A stretch of 64,000 nt of DNA, from the NCBI GenBank assembly GCA_965223265.1, contig OZ244999.1, forward strand, positions 5,248,001 through 5,312,000. The letters run 5' to 3'. Below, piece after piece: positions 19,203-29,436 of the stretch. This DNA is from Planctomycetota bacterium. GTDB lineage: Bacteria > Planctomycetota > UBA8108 > SXIK01. Numbering within the stretch: position 1 is the first letter of the stretch; every line of letters starts with the position of its first letter. A model generated the notes under the pieces. It worked only from the letters and a program-made list of their open reading frames with translations. It was not told the origin of the DNA and made no database searches. The position numbers and the translations under genes were made by a program.

Positions 19203-21350
19203 TTACCGATAAAGAAGATACAAGTCAAGGCGCTCACGCAGATTCGAGTTCCACTCGCGGTCGTAGTCGACATCATTACGTTCGAGAAGCGCAGTCAGCA
19301 CATGCATTCCTTGCATTGAACGCAGCGCTCGAGGAAGTGACGCGACCCAATCATGAGCAGGCTCGTCATCCGGCTGGGCGGGATCGAGGTCTACGTCGAT
19401 GCTTTCACCTGCTGCTATCGGCGGCAAGATGAAGGTACCCCGGCGGTGACGATAGACACCGCCCTTGACGTTGTGAGGTAGACGATTCGTCAAACGGACA
19501 GCGAGACGTGTACGTCCGCCAAAACCATCAGCAGGCGCGGCGCCTGGCCCCCCGCGCGACGGCGCCTCCGGATCACTGGGCGTCGCGACTTCAACCTCGA
19601 TGCCATCGCCCTGCAAAGCAAGCGTCCCCGAATTCACGACGTAGCCTTCCTCCCACTGATCAAGGTGAAGGTTCCGCAGCTGCGTGCCGCCGTCCGGGAG
19701 GTCGTGAAGGACGGTAGGCTGCATCGCCTCCTCGTTCGGGAAGATGGGCCGGAGCAGCGTCCCGCGAGGCGAACTCACGGCGTAATCCGCGATACCGCCA
19801 GAAAAGATTGCGAGATAACTCTCCTTCAGAGCGACCGCCTCGCCCCGCCTCTGCGTAAGCATCGTCCATTGCCGCGCCTTCGTAATGGCGCCTTTCGAGA
19901 CATACCCGGCCAGGAGAATCACCCCAAGGTAGAGACAAACGACGAGTGGTTGCAGCCAGGTGATCCAGGGCAGTCGATTGATTCGCTTAAGCGCGAGAAA
20001 AAGGCCAGGCCCCACCAGCGCGATGTAGACAACCACAAGACCGACGATGAACGGGAATCCAATATCACGCGTTGAATCCTTCAGGACGTCGACCAAATCA
20101 GGCCGAAGCGCCACCGCGGTGTTAGCAAGGATGTGCGCTCGCGAGCTGCGCTCGACCGTGCTGAGAACGCCGGTCCAAATCTCCCGCAGCATCGAACCGG
20201 CGTTGGCCTTCAGCGCTGCTGAGTCGTCGAACGTGAGGACTCCGACTCGGCCGACTCCATAGGGAACCTCGACGTACAGGCGGTGTCGCCCCTCTGGGAG
20301 ATCGTCAACTTTGCGCAGGCTCGAACGCCGTTGGGCAGACGAACGCTCGCGCGGCGCCGCAGAGTAGATCTCCTGCGCCCCGTCACCCTGTACGGGATCG
20401 ATGATTTCGACGTTCTTCCACTCGCGACTCTTTCTTGCGTCAACGAGGATCGATTCTGAATAATCTCCCTGGACAGGGTCGTTTGGCCGTAGCGTGCCGG
20501 ACGCACGACGGATCTCCTCCAGCACCGTCAAAGCCTCTGTGCGTGGATCGCGATACCGCTCGCCGAGAAACTCTTGCGCGATACGCCCCCGCACCAGAGC
20601 GCCACGCCCCTCTGAGACGGTGAAGATGAGCACACCTCCTAGCGCCACCCACTGGCGCAGGGCGCTGAGCTGCTCCGCTTCGAGGCGGTCGCCCCCGAAA
20701 TCACGCACCACTAAAACGTCGATGGCCTGGTAGCCAATGATGTCGTCGGGTAGTTGCCCAGCCTCACACTGGTCGAAACAGAGAGCTTGACGATAACCCT
20801 GTCGGACAAACCACGAAGGCAACGGCAACGGCTGCAGAAGATTCGTCCCCACGTATAGAGCTGTCGTCAGCTGCTGAGCAGAATCGCCCAAAGGCGGATC
20901 GGTCTGGCCAACGTTAACGTCTATGACGGCTTCGTCGCCCACCAGCACCCGAAGTCCGATGCGATGGCTCCGCTGTGGCAGCGACCGCACGTAAAACCAC
21001 TCACGTCTTGACGCCCCCGGCGAAACTTCCACGTCGCGTCGCCACGTGAAGGGATACTCCCCTGTCGCCTTTGACTCGTCCACGGACTCGGCTCGCACCT
21101 CGAGCGTCACCGTCGCCGGTATAGAACCTTCGGCCTGAAGCTCAATGCAGATCGGCAGCCAGCCGCCCTGAGCTCCCAGTCCCTCCTGTGCGATCCGTCG
21201 CGGGAACCAAACGTCGAGCAACTGCACCGGCGAGCGCTTCGGGGTCCCGATCGCGTCGCCGGCGCCGCTGGCCGGATCGCCTTGTGATCTGACAACTCCT
21301 CCGCTGACCAGCAGCAAAACCGCCGTCGACACCCATTGCCCGTGCGTCAT
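19203..21350 (-). CDS. Membrane-anchored ABC accessory protein with a GATase-like domain
   Basis: Signal-like N-terminus; LPDDIIGYQAIDVLVV...LRQWVALGGVLI; TM pair YIALVGPG. Co-oriented with the ABC genes. Confidence 0.7.
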   Translation of the reverse strand: MTHGQWVSTAVLLLVSGGVVRSQGDPASGAGDAIGTPKRSPVQLLDVWFPRRIAQEGLGAQGGWLPICIELQAEGSIPATVTLEVRAESVDESKATGEYPFTWRRDVEVSPGASRREWFYVRSLPQRSHRIGLRVLVGDEAVIDVNVGQTDPPLGDSAQQLTTALYVGTNLLQPLPLPSWFVRQGYRQALCFDQCEAGQLPDDIIGYQAIDVLVVRDFGGDRLEAEQLSALRQWVALGGVLIFTVSEGRGALVRGRIAQEFLGERYRDPRTEALTVLEEIRRASGTLRPNDPVQGDYSESILVDARKSREWKNVEIIDPVQGDGAQEIYSAAPRERSSAQRRSSLRKVDDLPEGRHRLYVEVPYGVGRVGVLTFDDSAALKANAGSMLREIWTGVLSTVERSSRAHILANTAVALRPDLVDVLKDSTRDIGFPFIVGLVVVYIALVGPGLFLALKRINRLPWITWLQPLVVCLYLGVILLAGYVSKGAITKARQWTMLTQRRGEAVALKESYLAIFSGGIADYAVSSPRGTLLRPIFPNEEAMQPTVLHDLPDGGTQLRNLHLDQWEEGYVVNSGTLALQGDGIEVEVATPSDPEAPSRGGPGAAPADGFGGRTRLAVRLTNRLPHNVKGGVYRHRRGTFILPPIAAGESIDVDLDPAQPDDEPAHDWVASLPRALRSMQGMHVLTALLERNDVDYDREWNSNLRERLDLYLLYR

Positions 21351-21369
21351 GACAAAAGCGAGATTCCTC

Positions 21370-21996
21370 TCACGATTCCTCGTCAGATTCCTCAATCTCG
21401 CGGCGGCCGTCCAGCGCGTCCGCGACGATGTTTTTAGCAACATGCTCCAGCCGGGCTCCGCTCGGCACACCTCGGGCGATACGAGTCACTCTCACATTTC
21501 TAATACCACCCAGACGCTCGTGCAAGAAAAGCGCGGTCCCTTCGCCTTCGAAGGTCGGATTCGTCGCCAGGATCACTTCGCGAATCTCGCCACCGCGAAG
21601 GCGTCTCAACAATGCATCGACGGTCAGCGCATCGGCTTCGACTCCGTCGAGCGGAGCATAGGCACCGAGCAGCACGTGGTAGACGCCGCGGAATGACCCG
21701 CTGGCCTCGATCGCCATCAGATCCTTCGGCTGCTCCACGACACAGAGCGTCTGCCGCTCTCTCGAGTCGTCTTGACAGATCGCGCATTGATCGCTCTCGG
21801 TGAGGTTGAAACAGTCACGACAGTGGCGCACGTTCTTTTTGACGTTACGAATCGCATCCGCAAGTCCGAGCGCTTCATCAGCAGGCGACCGCAAGATGAA
21901 ATAAGCCAACCGTTCGGCTGTCTTGCGTCCGACTCCGGGAAGCCGCTCAAGCTCCGAGATGAGAGTCTGTACCGTCTTGGTGTATGCGTTCACCAT
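21370..21996 (-). CDS. recR: Recombination mediator RecR
   Basis: LPGVGRKTAERLA HhH, C4 zinc finger, and TOPRIM EVILATNPTFEGEGTA. Confidence 0.97.
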   Translation of the reverse strand: MVNAYTKTVQTLISELERLPGVGRKTAERLAYFILRSPADEALGLADAIRNVKKNVRHCRDCFNLTESDQCAICQDDSRERQTLCVVEQPKDLMAIEASGSFRGVYHVLLGAYAPLDGVEADALTVDALLRRLRGGEIREVILATNPTFEGEGTALFLHERLGGIRNVRVTRIARGVPSGARLEHVAKNIVADALDGRREIEESDEES

Positions 21997-22041
21997 GTCA
22001 ACACCGCAGAAATTGGAAAACGGACACACATACGGAGCTTT

Positions 22042-22368
22042 TCAAAACAACCCTGGGAACGCGCTACTGAGCCCGCCCGTGGCCTGGTCGAACTCCTCCC
22101 GCATCAAGCTCTTCGACTTCTCCAGCCCCTGCGAGATCGCCGCCAGGATGACATCTTCCAACATCTCGACGTCGCTCTCGTCCGATGCTCCGGTGACAAG
22201 TGCAGGATCGATAGACAACTTCACCAGTTCTTGTTGCCCGTTGAAGACGACTCTGACCCGTCCAGCCCCCGCCTCCGTCTCGATAAAGCGCTCCCGAAGG
22301 TCATCGCCGACGCGCTCCATATCCTTCCGCATGCGCGCCGCTTGTTTCATGAAATCATTCGTAGCCAT
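22042..22368 (-). CDS. ybaB: Nucleoid-associated protein YbaB/EbfC
   Basis: GAGRVRVVFNG...IDPAL...DVEMLEDVILAA; dnaX-ybaB-recR synteny; GAAGGAG RBS. Confidence 0.93.
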   Translation of the reverse strand: MATNDFMKQAARMRKDMERVGDDLRERFIETEAGAGRVRVVFNGQQELVKLSIDPALVTGASDESDVEMLEDVILAAISQGLEKSKSLMREEFDQATGGLSSAFPGLF

Positions 22369-22637
22369 AGCCTCTCCTTCGTGTGCATTCCGCTCTGCTG
22401 TCTGCAAATCCACCCCAGTGTAGAAAAACCGCGCCGAACCTTCACCCCAGCGGCGGCAAAAAATGAAGAGTTGAACGTCGAGGAGTGGGTCAGTAGCGAC
22501 GCTGGAGACGAGGCCGTCGGTGCCACAGGCGTTCTTGCCGCCACCTGCTCACACGCCGCCACAGGCCAACCGAAACGGTTCTCCACCGCCATTGTGGCAC
22601 GCATTCTTGAGCGTTGTTGCTGCGGGCGACTCGGGCG

Positions 22638-24761
22638 TCAAATCAAGCGTCCGTTGAACAGTTTCTTCGCCTTCTCGACGAGTTCGGCGCCAGCAACCGA
22701 GGTCGCAACCTGCGCGCCTGCGTCAGCCCGATCATTGTTCGCCGCGTCCGCGCTCGGTGAACTCGAGGCGGGCACCTCCAGACCGTTGGTCGCGCTGCCG
22801 TGCACGTCGCCACTGGTGGTGACGGCGCTCTCCTCTTCGACCTTTGCCACACGGAGCTCCCACGGCTCGCCTGTGACGTCGCGAATCAAATCCCGGAGAA
22901 CCCCAAAGCTCGCGCCAGAGCGCAGCTGCTGGTAAAAAAAATCGTTCGAGATCTCGAGAACGGCGGTGCCAGCGCTCAGCTGGCTTGCATCAAGTCGTGC
23001 GCCGGCGAGGAGCGGAGCGACCCGCGGGGCTCCTTCGCGCAGCTCGATCTGGATCTGATCCCAGAGAGCGAGCAAACGCTCGGCGCCGCAGGCCGACTCG
23101 GCCTGCGGAGGCGCCGCGGAACGGGGCGGAGGTGGCTCGACTGCGGCGGAAACCGGAGCAATCTCACCGTCAACTCGAGAGGCGAACCGCTCCGGCGCCG
23201 CTTGCAGCTCAGCCGGTACAGTCTCAGTGATCGTCTCCGGTGCGGTCTCAGCCGGCACCGTCTGCACTGACACCGTCGTCTGCACTCGAGCCATCTCAGC
23301 CGACACCGCCTCGTCGACAGCGGAAACGGCTTGCGGTGAGCCGCCGTCGCGCGACGGCCCCGCCGTTCGCGCCTCCGGTTGAGCAGACGAAGATGACGGC
23401 CGCACCTGAGGCGTCGGCGGCGAACTCGCGCTCGGCTCGTGCGATGGCATCTCGCGAGCCCTCGCCCCTGGCCCGCCCGCGGGTGGGGGTGCGTCTGTGT
23501 GCGGCGCCGACGGTCGCTGCGAGAATCGCTGCCCCGCACCCCTTGCCTGCGATCGCGACGCGAGCACCACGTCGGGGCCCAAACCGCCATCGATCTCCTC
23601 GCCTGAGCTGAGTCGATCGATCAACTCGTTGAGAACTGATCCGTCCTCCAAACGGGTCGCCTTGAGGAGAGCGATTTCCGCTGCGACCTTCGGATATGCA
23701 GATATACGGAGGCGCCCCGCAGCTTCGACGACGATCTGTAGAGCCCCGAGAAGACGGTCGACATCGCCCTCCGTAACCGAAGTTTCAGCTCGATGGTTCT
23801 CTTCAGGCGCTGCGGCGGCCTGGGACGCACCTGGGCTGACTTCGAGCGCCCCGTAAAGACACGCCTGCAGCCGCTCAACCATCTGCTGCAGAAGCACTGC
23901 GGGATCGGCACCGCGGGCAAAGCAGTCTCGCGTTGTAGCCAACACCGAATGCGTGTCACGTCCAACCAGCGCCTCGACCAAACTCGACATAGCGGCTTCA
24001 GAAACTCGACCGGTGATGCGTTCGAGATCCTCTTCCTTGAGCACCGCGTCCGAGTAGGTCAACAGTTGATCGAGCAAGGTCTGAGCGTCCCGCAGCCCCC
24101 CGCGCCCTTGTCGCGCCACAGCGTGCAAGAGCCCGTCCTCGGCTTGACGCCCCTCCATCTCCAGAATCTGCTGCAACCGACGTGCGATCGCCGTTTCGTC
24201 GATGGGATGGAAGTCGAATCGTTGACAACGACTCAGAACGGTGTCTGGAATCCGATGAGGCTCCGTCGTCGCGAAAAGAAACTTCACATGCGCTGGGGGC
24301 TCTTCGACTGTCTTCAAGAGCGCATTGAACGCCTCTCGCGTCAGCATGTGGACTTCGTCGACGATGAACACCTTGTACGGTGAGCGGGCCGGCGCACGGC
24401 TGACGTTTTCAATGATGCCGCGCACGTCTTCGATGCCGCGATGGGACGCAGCATCCATCTCGACAACGTCGATGTCCTGACCGCAGTGGATCGCGTCACA
24501 GACCGTGCAGGTGTTGCAAGGCCTCGCCCACTCGTCCTCTGGGAGATCACGGTCCGCGGCCTCCGGACAGTTAAGCGCCTTGGCGAAGATGCGCGCCATG
24601 GACGTCTTGCCAACCCCGCGCGGACCAGTGAACAGGTAAGCGTGAGCGACGCGCCCATGAATAATCCCGCCGCGAAGCGTTTCAGCGACCGACTCCTGCC
24701 CAACCACTTCGTCGAACTGGCGAGGACGATATCGTCTGGCGAGAACTTGATAGTTCGTCAT
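22638..24761 (-). CDS. dnaX: DNA polymerase III subunit gamma/tau
   Basis: YQVLARRYRP, GPRGVGKT, DEVHML and SRCQ motifs; Pro/Ala-rich linker and C-terminal domain. Confidence 0.97.
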   Translation of the reverse strand: MTNYQVLARRYRPRQFDEVVGQESVAETLRGGIIHGRVAHAYLFTGPRGVGKTSMARIFAKALNCPEAADRDLPEDEWARPCNTCTVCDAIHCGQDIDVVEMDAASHRGIEDVRGIIENVSRAPARSPYKVFIVDEVHMLTREAFNALLKTVEEPPAHVKFLFATTEPHRIPDTVLSRCQRFDFHPIDETAIARRLQQILEMEGRQAEDGLLHAVARQGRGGLRDAQTLLDQLLTYSDAVLKEEDLERITGRVSEAAMSSLVEALVGRDTHSVLATTRDCFARGADPAVLLQQMVERLQACLYGALEVSPGASQAAAAPEENHRAETSVTEGDVDRLLGALQIVVEAAGRLRISAYPKVAAEIALLKATRLEDGSVLNELIDRLSSGEEIDGGLGPDVVLASRSQARGAGQRFSQRPSAPHTDAPPPAGGPGARAREMPSHEPSASSPPTPQVRPSSSSAQPEARTAGPSRDGGSPQAVSAVDEAVSAEMARVQTTVSVQTVPAETAPETITETVPAELQAAPERFASRVDGEIAPVSAAVEPPPPRSAAPPQAESACGAERLLALWDQIQIELREGAPRVAPLLAGARLDASQLSAGTAVLEISNDFFYQQLRSGASFGVLRDLIRDVTGEPWELRVAKVEEESAVTTSGDVHGSATNGLEVPASSSPSADAANNDRADAGAQVATSVAGAELVEKAKKLFNGRLI

Positions 24762-24789
24762 GGAGGCATGCGCTCGGCACGCGTGAAAA

Positions 24790-24873
24790 GGAGCAGTGCA
24801 CACAAGGAGACATCAAGAGGGCTGCTACCTTTCGGTCCTGACCCGCTGCTCGAGCACCCTGTTGCGCTGCTCC
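24790..24873 (-). ncRNA. ffs: Signal recognition particle RNA (small bacterial type)
   Basis: The minus strand contains the domain IV motif TCAGG-ACC-GAAA-GGT-AGCAGC. The termini GGAGCAG / CTGCTCC pair. It lies directly upstream of dnaX, a common position. Confidence 0.9.
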
Positions 24874-25445
24874 AATCTCTTCGTATTTCTCTCTTCGTAT
24901 TTCGATCTCGTCGGATTGCAATCCGTCTTGCCGCCGCTCGAAGTCCGAGCGCCGGCTGGGCGCAAAAACGCCGCGAGGTGCCGTCAGCGGCCCGAGAGCG
25001 ACACGCCAGCCATGCAAGAGGAGGGATTGTAACACCGATCCTGAAAGCGAGCAACAGAGCGGCGGCGGCGGTAAGTTTGATCCGTACGGGTCGGGCAGCA
25101 CCCTCGATCGGCATGACGATGGAGCGCGCCAGCCGCAAAAACGAGAGCGACGCCCGGCCGCGTCATATTCCACGGCGTGAGAAAAATGGCGCCATCGGCA
25201 CACCTCGGATCAGGGCGTCGGAATCAAGCGGTCCTCCGAATCCGGCAGCGCCTCCACGGCACGCCCTTTGCTTGTACTTTCACCGCTAACCCAACTCACC
25301 GTAGGAAACCGAGGTCGTTGGCGCGGCGAGCCACCACCAGCCTCGACGCGCTGGCTTCGGTTTCCTTCTCGGCGACCTCCCTTGTCGCAGGGGCGCCACG
25401 AATTGGTTCGCGACGAAGCACCCAAGACGCTCACGGAGGTGACGC

Positions 25446-25907
25446 ATGAGGCATTCCATATCGGTAGGACTCATTGCCTTGCTGGCCGCAGCTGCCCTGG
25501 CGACAACCTCGGGATGTGATCCGGGCAGGCGTCAGGCCAAGGGTTTTCGCCTACCAGAGGGCGACGTGGAGCAGGGGAAGGCGACATTCGTCGCACTGGG
25601 CTGCAATGGCTGTCACACCGTCGACGGCGTCGAGCTGCCGCAGCCGTCGGGAGAACCTGCGGTCACGGTCGCGCTCGGCGGCGAGGTCGTTCGCGTCAAG
25701 ACATACGGCGAGCTGGTGACGTCTGTCGTCCACCCGTCCCACAGCCTAGCACCAGGTCATCCGAAAGAGAAAATCCAAATCGACGGCAAGTCGATCATGC
25801 CCGATCTCACGGGCGCAATGACCGTGCGTCAGATGATCGACATCGTCGCGTTCCTACACTCCCGATACAGCGAAAAGCCCTACTACACGGATTACTACTA
25901 CTACTGA
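25446..25907 (+). CDS. Monoheme cytochrome c, probable lipoprotein
   Basis: Signal ending TSG-C, CNGCH heme motif, distal SIMP; GGAGGT RBS. Confidence 0.88.
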   Translation: MRHSISVGLIALLAAAALATTSGCDPGRRQAKGFRLPEGDVEQGKATFVALGCNGCHTVDGVELPQPSGEPAVTVALGGEVVRVKTYGELVTSVVHPSHSLAPGHPKEKIQIDGKSIMPDLTGAMTVRQMIDIVAFLHSRYSEKPYYTDYYYY

Positions 25908-25971
25908 CGGCGCTAGCTCCGGAGACGTCTCATCGCGACACGCTGAGCACGACACGTAGGAGTCTGAAACC

Positions 25972-26595
25972 ATGTCGACCAACGAATCGCCCCTGGCGAC
26001 AGACTGGCTGCCAGGAATCGTCTTCGTCATCTGCTTCGCGTCAGTTTACGCGTGGTGGCGACATCGCCAACGTCGCACAAGGCACGCAAGCGATCAACTC
26101 TCCCCAAGGAACCAGCGCATGGGATTGCAGCGAAACCTCTTTGAACGCCCCGTGAGCGACCTGTCTCTTCGACCGGCGATTGTGGTGTCGCCGCAGACGA
26201 CACTGGCTGAAGTGGTCGACCAGATGAAACAAAAAGACTTGGGCGGCGTTGTCGTCGTGGACGATTCGTCAAACACTCTCGGCGTCTTCACCGAGAGCGT
26301 CCTCGTTCGTCTCCTCGCCGAGCACCAAGGTCTTCCCGCCGGCCCCGTGTCTCAGTTCATGGACACAGACTACGCGAGGACGCGAACGACCGATCGCATT
26401 GCCCATGTCATTCGCGCGATGCGGGAAAAGGACACTCGCTTTGTGTGCGTAACAGACGGATTCGGCAAGCCGGTCGGCCTTACCGGCCAGCGCGGCATCG
26501 TCGAATATGTCAGTGAACACTTTCCGCGTCACGTCCAGAAGATGATCTCACGTGTCGGCGAGAAGAGTTATCCAAACGCTCGGGAAGGAGCCTAG
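25972..26595 (+). CDS. CBS domain pair protein with an N-terminal TM helix
   Basis: VVVVDD...GVFTESVL and second repeat KPVGLTGQRGIV; hydrophobic residues 12-29. Confidence 0.85.
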   Translation: MSTNESPLATDWLPGIVFVICFASVYAWWRHRQRRTRHASDQLSPRNQRMGLQRNLFERPVSDLSLRPAIVVSPQTTLAEVVDQMKQKDLGGVVVVDDSSNTLGVFTESVLVRLLAEHQGLPAGPVSQFMDTDYARTRTTDRIAHVIRAMREKDTRFVCVTDGFGKPVGLTGQRGIVEYVSEHFPRHVQKMISRVGEKSYPNAREGA

Positions 26596-26601
26596 AGATT
26601 A

Positions 26602-27126
26602 ATGTCAGCTGAGGATCGCAAGGAACCTGGGAGCGACGGCGCATCAAGCGAGTTCGCGGATCCACTCGCTGACTACGACGCCCCAGTCGCCTCCTGCCCC
26701 CTCGAACAAGCACTCATCGACGAAAACGTCACCGCGATGGAGACTCAACCCTACACTGCGGTGACGAGCCGGACATCGATCGGCGAAGTGATCAACATTC
26801 TGGCGCAGAACGAGATTGCCTGCGCCCTGGTAACGGACGATGAGCATAGGCGCCTTCTCGGCATCGTCACCGAACGTGACATCTTGAAGAAGGTCGCTGC
26901 GGACTACGAGCGACAAAGCGAGCGCGCTGTGTCTGAAATCATGTCGTCGCCGCCAGCCTTCGTCTACGCCACAGAACCCTCGGCGGCGGCGCTCTGCGTC
27001 ATGACGCTCGGCGGGTACCGGCATGTACCGGTGCTCGGCGAGCACGATCAGGTCGTCGGCATCGTCAGCCCACGCCGGGTCGCGGCGTTTCTCCTCGATC
27101 GAGGCAGCCGCGACGAAGAAGCGTGA
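26602..27126 (+). CDS. CBS domain pair protein
   Basis: LLGIVTERDIL, VSEIMS and YRHVPV...VVGIVS motifs. Confidence 0.9.
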   Translation: MSAEDRKEPGSDGASSEFADPLADYDAPVASCPLEQALIDENVTAMETQPYTAVTSRTSIGEVINILAQNEIACALVTDDEHRRLLGIVTERDILKKVAADYERQSERAVSEIMSSPPAFVYATEPSAAALCVMTLGGYRHVPVLGEHDQVVGIVSPRRVAAFLLDRGSRDEEA

Positions 27127-27162
27127 CCCGGCGAACACTCCACCTCGTTGGCGGTGACAACG

Positions 27163-28083
27163 CTAATCGGCAAGCGGCGAACGAACGACCAGGACCGAGC
27201 AGGGAGCACCCCGCACGACTTTTTCTGCGACGCTCCCCAGGAGGAACTGCCTGACTCCGCGCCAGCCGTGAGTGGCGGTAATGATGAGATCGGCACTCTC
27301 GGCCTCGGCAAACCGCGTCACCTCCGCAGCGGGCTGCCCCTCCTGAATGACGAGCTCGCATTCGACACCGTCAAGGTGCTCTGTTTTCAATTCCTCGAAT
27401 CGCCTTTTGGCGTTTTCAGGAGCTGCGGCGCGCGCACTCTCAAGTGAAGCGACCACAACAGATCCCGGCACTTCCAAAACTACCGGCGGCAGGGGTTCGA
27501 GGACGTAGACGAACGTACATCGCGCGCCAAACGCGCTGGCGAACCGACGCAGCACTGGTAGAGCGGCTTTCGCATTCTCTGAAAAATCAAACGGTACAAT
27601 GATCCGCTTGAATCCGGCGTTGACCTCAGAGTCCTCTCGCGGGGCTCGGCCGACAAGCACGGGGACGTCACTCACCTGCACCAGCTTCTCGACGTAGCTG
27701 CCGAGCAGCGCGCGGCGCCACCCCCCGGCACCGTGGGTCGCCGTGACGACCAGGTCGATCTCATTGCCTACAGCGTAGCGCGACAGTGCGATCTGAGCGA
27801 ATTGATCGACGAGAAGGACCGGTTCCACGTCGACGTCACGAAACACAGCTTGGCTTTCGACCTCGCTGCGGAGTCGTGCTTCCAGCTCGACGATGTAGGC
27901 GCGCTGCTCGACCTGCGCCGAGACGCCGCCAAACGGGGGATAAAAGAGCAGCGGTAGCTGCTGCGTCGTGTGCACGAGCGAAAGTGACGCTTTGAATCGA
28001 TCGGCAAGTTCGCGCGCCACTGAATAGCACGTGCGAGCCGTATCTGAAAAGTCAGTCGTTACTGCGATTGCCTTGATTTCCAT
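27163..28083 (-). CDS. Universal stress protein (tandem USP domains)
   Basis: IAVTTDFS and ATHG...LLGS occur twice; APCSVLVV. Confidence 0.95.
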   Translation of the reverse strand: MEIKAIAVTTDFSDTARTCYSVARELADRFKASLSLVHTTQQLPLLFYPPFGGVSAQVEQRAYIVELEARLRSEVESQAVFRDVDVEPVLLVDQFAQIALSRYAVGNEIDLVVTATHGAGGWRRALLGSYVEKLVQVSDVPVLVGRAPREDSEVNAGFKRIIVPFDFSENAKAALPVLRRFASAFGARCTFVYVLEPLPPVVLEVPGSVVVASLESARAAAPENAKRRFEELKTEHLDGVECELVIQEGQPAAEVTRFAEAESADLIITATHGWRGVRQFLLGSVAEKVVRGAPCSVLVVRSPLAD

Positions 28084-28121
28084 ACACGACTCTCTCGATT
28101 CCTATTCAGCTCCTACTCAGA

Positions 28122-29063
28122 TCAACTCGTACTCGGTGTCGCCTCTTTGATCGTCTCGGGATCGGGGCGAACCGTCAATACTGAACAAGGCGCCTGCCTC
28201 GCGATCCGCTCCGCCACACTCCCCATGATCAAGCGCTGGACCCCGGACCAGCCGTGCGTCGCCATCAACACCAACGGCACGCGTCGATCAACAGCGGCAC
28301 GGACGATCTCATGCACGGGAACACCGGTGACACTCACGAGGTCAACATCAACGCCCTCGAGCTCTTGCTGGCGGAGCTTGTCGAATCTGCTCTGGGAAAT
28401 GTCCGCGGCATGGAATGCTGCTTCGCGGAGGGGCGACTCCTGACCCGCTGGTGGAATCTTCGCGAGTGCGTACGGAATCGGCGGCAACACATGCATCACC
28501 GTAAACTTTGTCCTGAAGTGCTCCGAGAGGAGGCGCATGACGGGGAAAACCGCGGTGGCGGACTCCGAGAAATCAAACGGAACGAGGACGCGGTCAAACG
28601 CTTGCGGCTGGTCGGCATCTGACGACTGGCGAACGACAAACACGGGGCACGGTGAAATACGCAGCAGCTTCTCAGCGACGCTTCCAAGCAGGAAATGTGC
28701 AATTCCGGACCGGCCGTGTGTCGAAATGAACGTTAGATCGATTTGATTCTGCGTGAAGTAGTCGACCAGCGCTCGACAGGAATCGGTTCCGATGACAACC
28801 GCTGGCACGACCTTGAGCCCTTCAAACTCGGCGTGCGCGCGACTCTCACGCGCCACATCGTCGCGAAGATCGTCGAGATCCTTCGTCTGCGGCAACTCCG
28901 CCGCGGCGTCCTCATGCAGATAGTAAAACGGCGGTAGCGTCTCCGCCGCATGAACCAAGTGGAGCTCGGCGCCAAACGCCTTGGCCCAGTGAGCAGCGGA
29001 TGGAAACGCTGCGGACGCGTGTTCGGAGAAGTCGGTCGTGACGGCAATCTTGCGAATTTTCAT
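28122..29063 (-). CDS. Universal stress protein (tandem USP domains)
   Basis: IAVTTDFS, STHGRSG...LGSVAE and ATHGWSG...MGSVAE; paralogue of the adjacent gene. Confidence 0.95.
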   Translation of the reverse strand: MKIRKIAVTTDFSEHASAAFPSAAHWAKAFGAELHLVHAAETLPPFYYLHEDAAAELPQTKDLDDLRDDVARESRAHAEFEGLKVVPAVVIGTDSCRALVDYFTQNQIDLTFISTHGRSGIAHFLLGSVAEKLLRISPCPVFVVRQSSDADQPQAFDRVLVPFDFSESATAVFPVMRLLSEHFRTKFTVMHVLPPIPYALAKIPPAGQESPLREAAFHAADISQSRFDKLRQQELEGVDVDLVSVTGVPVHEIVRAAVDRRVPLVLMATHGWSGVQRLIMGSVAERIARQAPCSVLTVRPDPETIKEATPSTS

Positions 29064-29142
29064 GTCAACTCTCCCTGATCGTCCCGGTGCTCGGTCGAAC
29101 CGCGACTCGCGGAGGCACGTCGACTCAACAACCTCTCAGTGC

Positions 29143-29176
29143 GGTGGACACGTGCTGAGGTGGACACGTGCTGAGG
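29143..29176. repeat. 16-bp tandem duplication in a divergent promoter region
   Basis: GGTGGACACGTGCTGA twice, followed by GG. Confidence 0.85.
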
Positions 29177-29436
29177 ATTCATTCCGCACACCGCGTGCCA
29201 GATTCGATTCACGGCTCAGAGCGCTGAGCCGAGCGATTTTCACCTGTCGGCTCGTCGATCGAGAGGGCGAAATATCCCCCGCACGCGACATTTTCCGCCC
29301 CATCTGCTCTCGTGTGGGGCCGCCATGACCCCGGCTTCTCGATGATTTTGCGATTCTGGTCGCGCTCACTTTTCCCTGCCGACCTCGCACGGACAGGACT
29401 CGACCGAGGCGTGTTCGTTTCAGTACGATTCGAATC

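Noticed and set aside
22347-22604. Small ORF between dnaX and ybaB
   Set aside because: No recognisable motif or RBS, and it overlaps the ybaB start.
22934-22941. T8 run in dnaX as a programmed frameshift or slippage site for gamma
   Set aside because: It lies in the C-terminal domain rather than after domain III and simply encodes Asp-Phe-Phe-Tyr. A similar run occurs in the ATPase at 33863-33870.
29349-29364. CRP/FNR-like site TGCGA-N6-TCGCG
   Set aside because: Three mismatches to TGTGA-N6-TCACA in GC-rich DNA, so too weak on its own.
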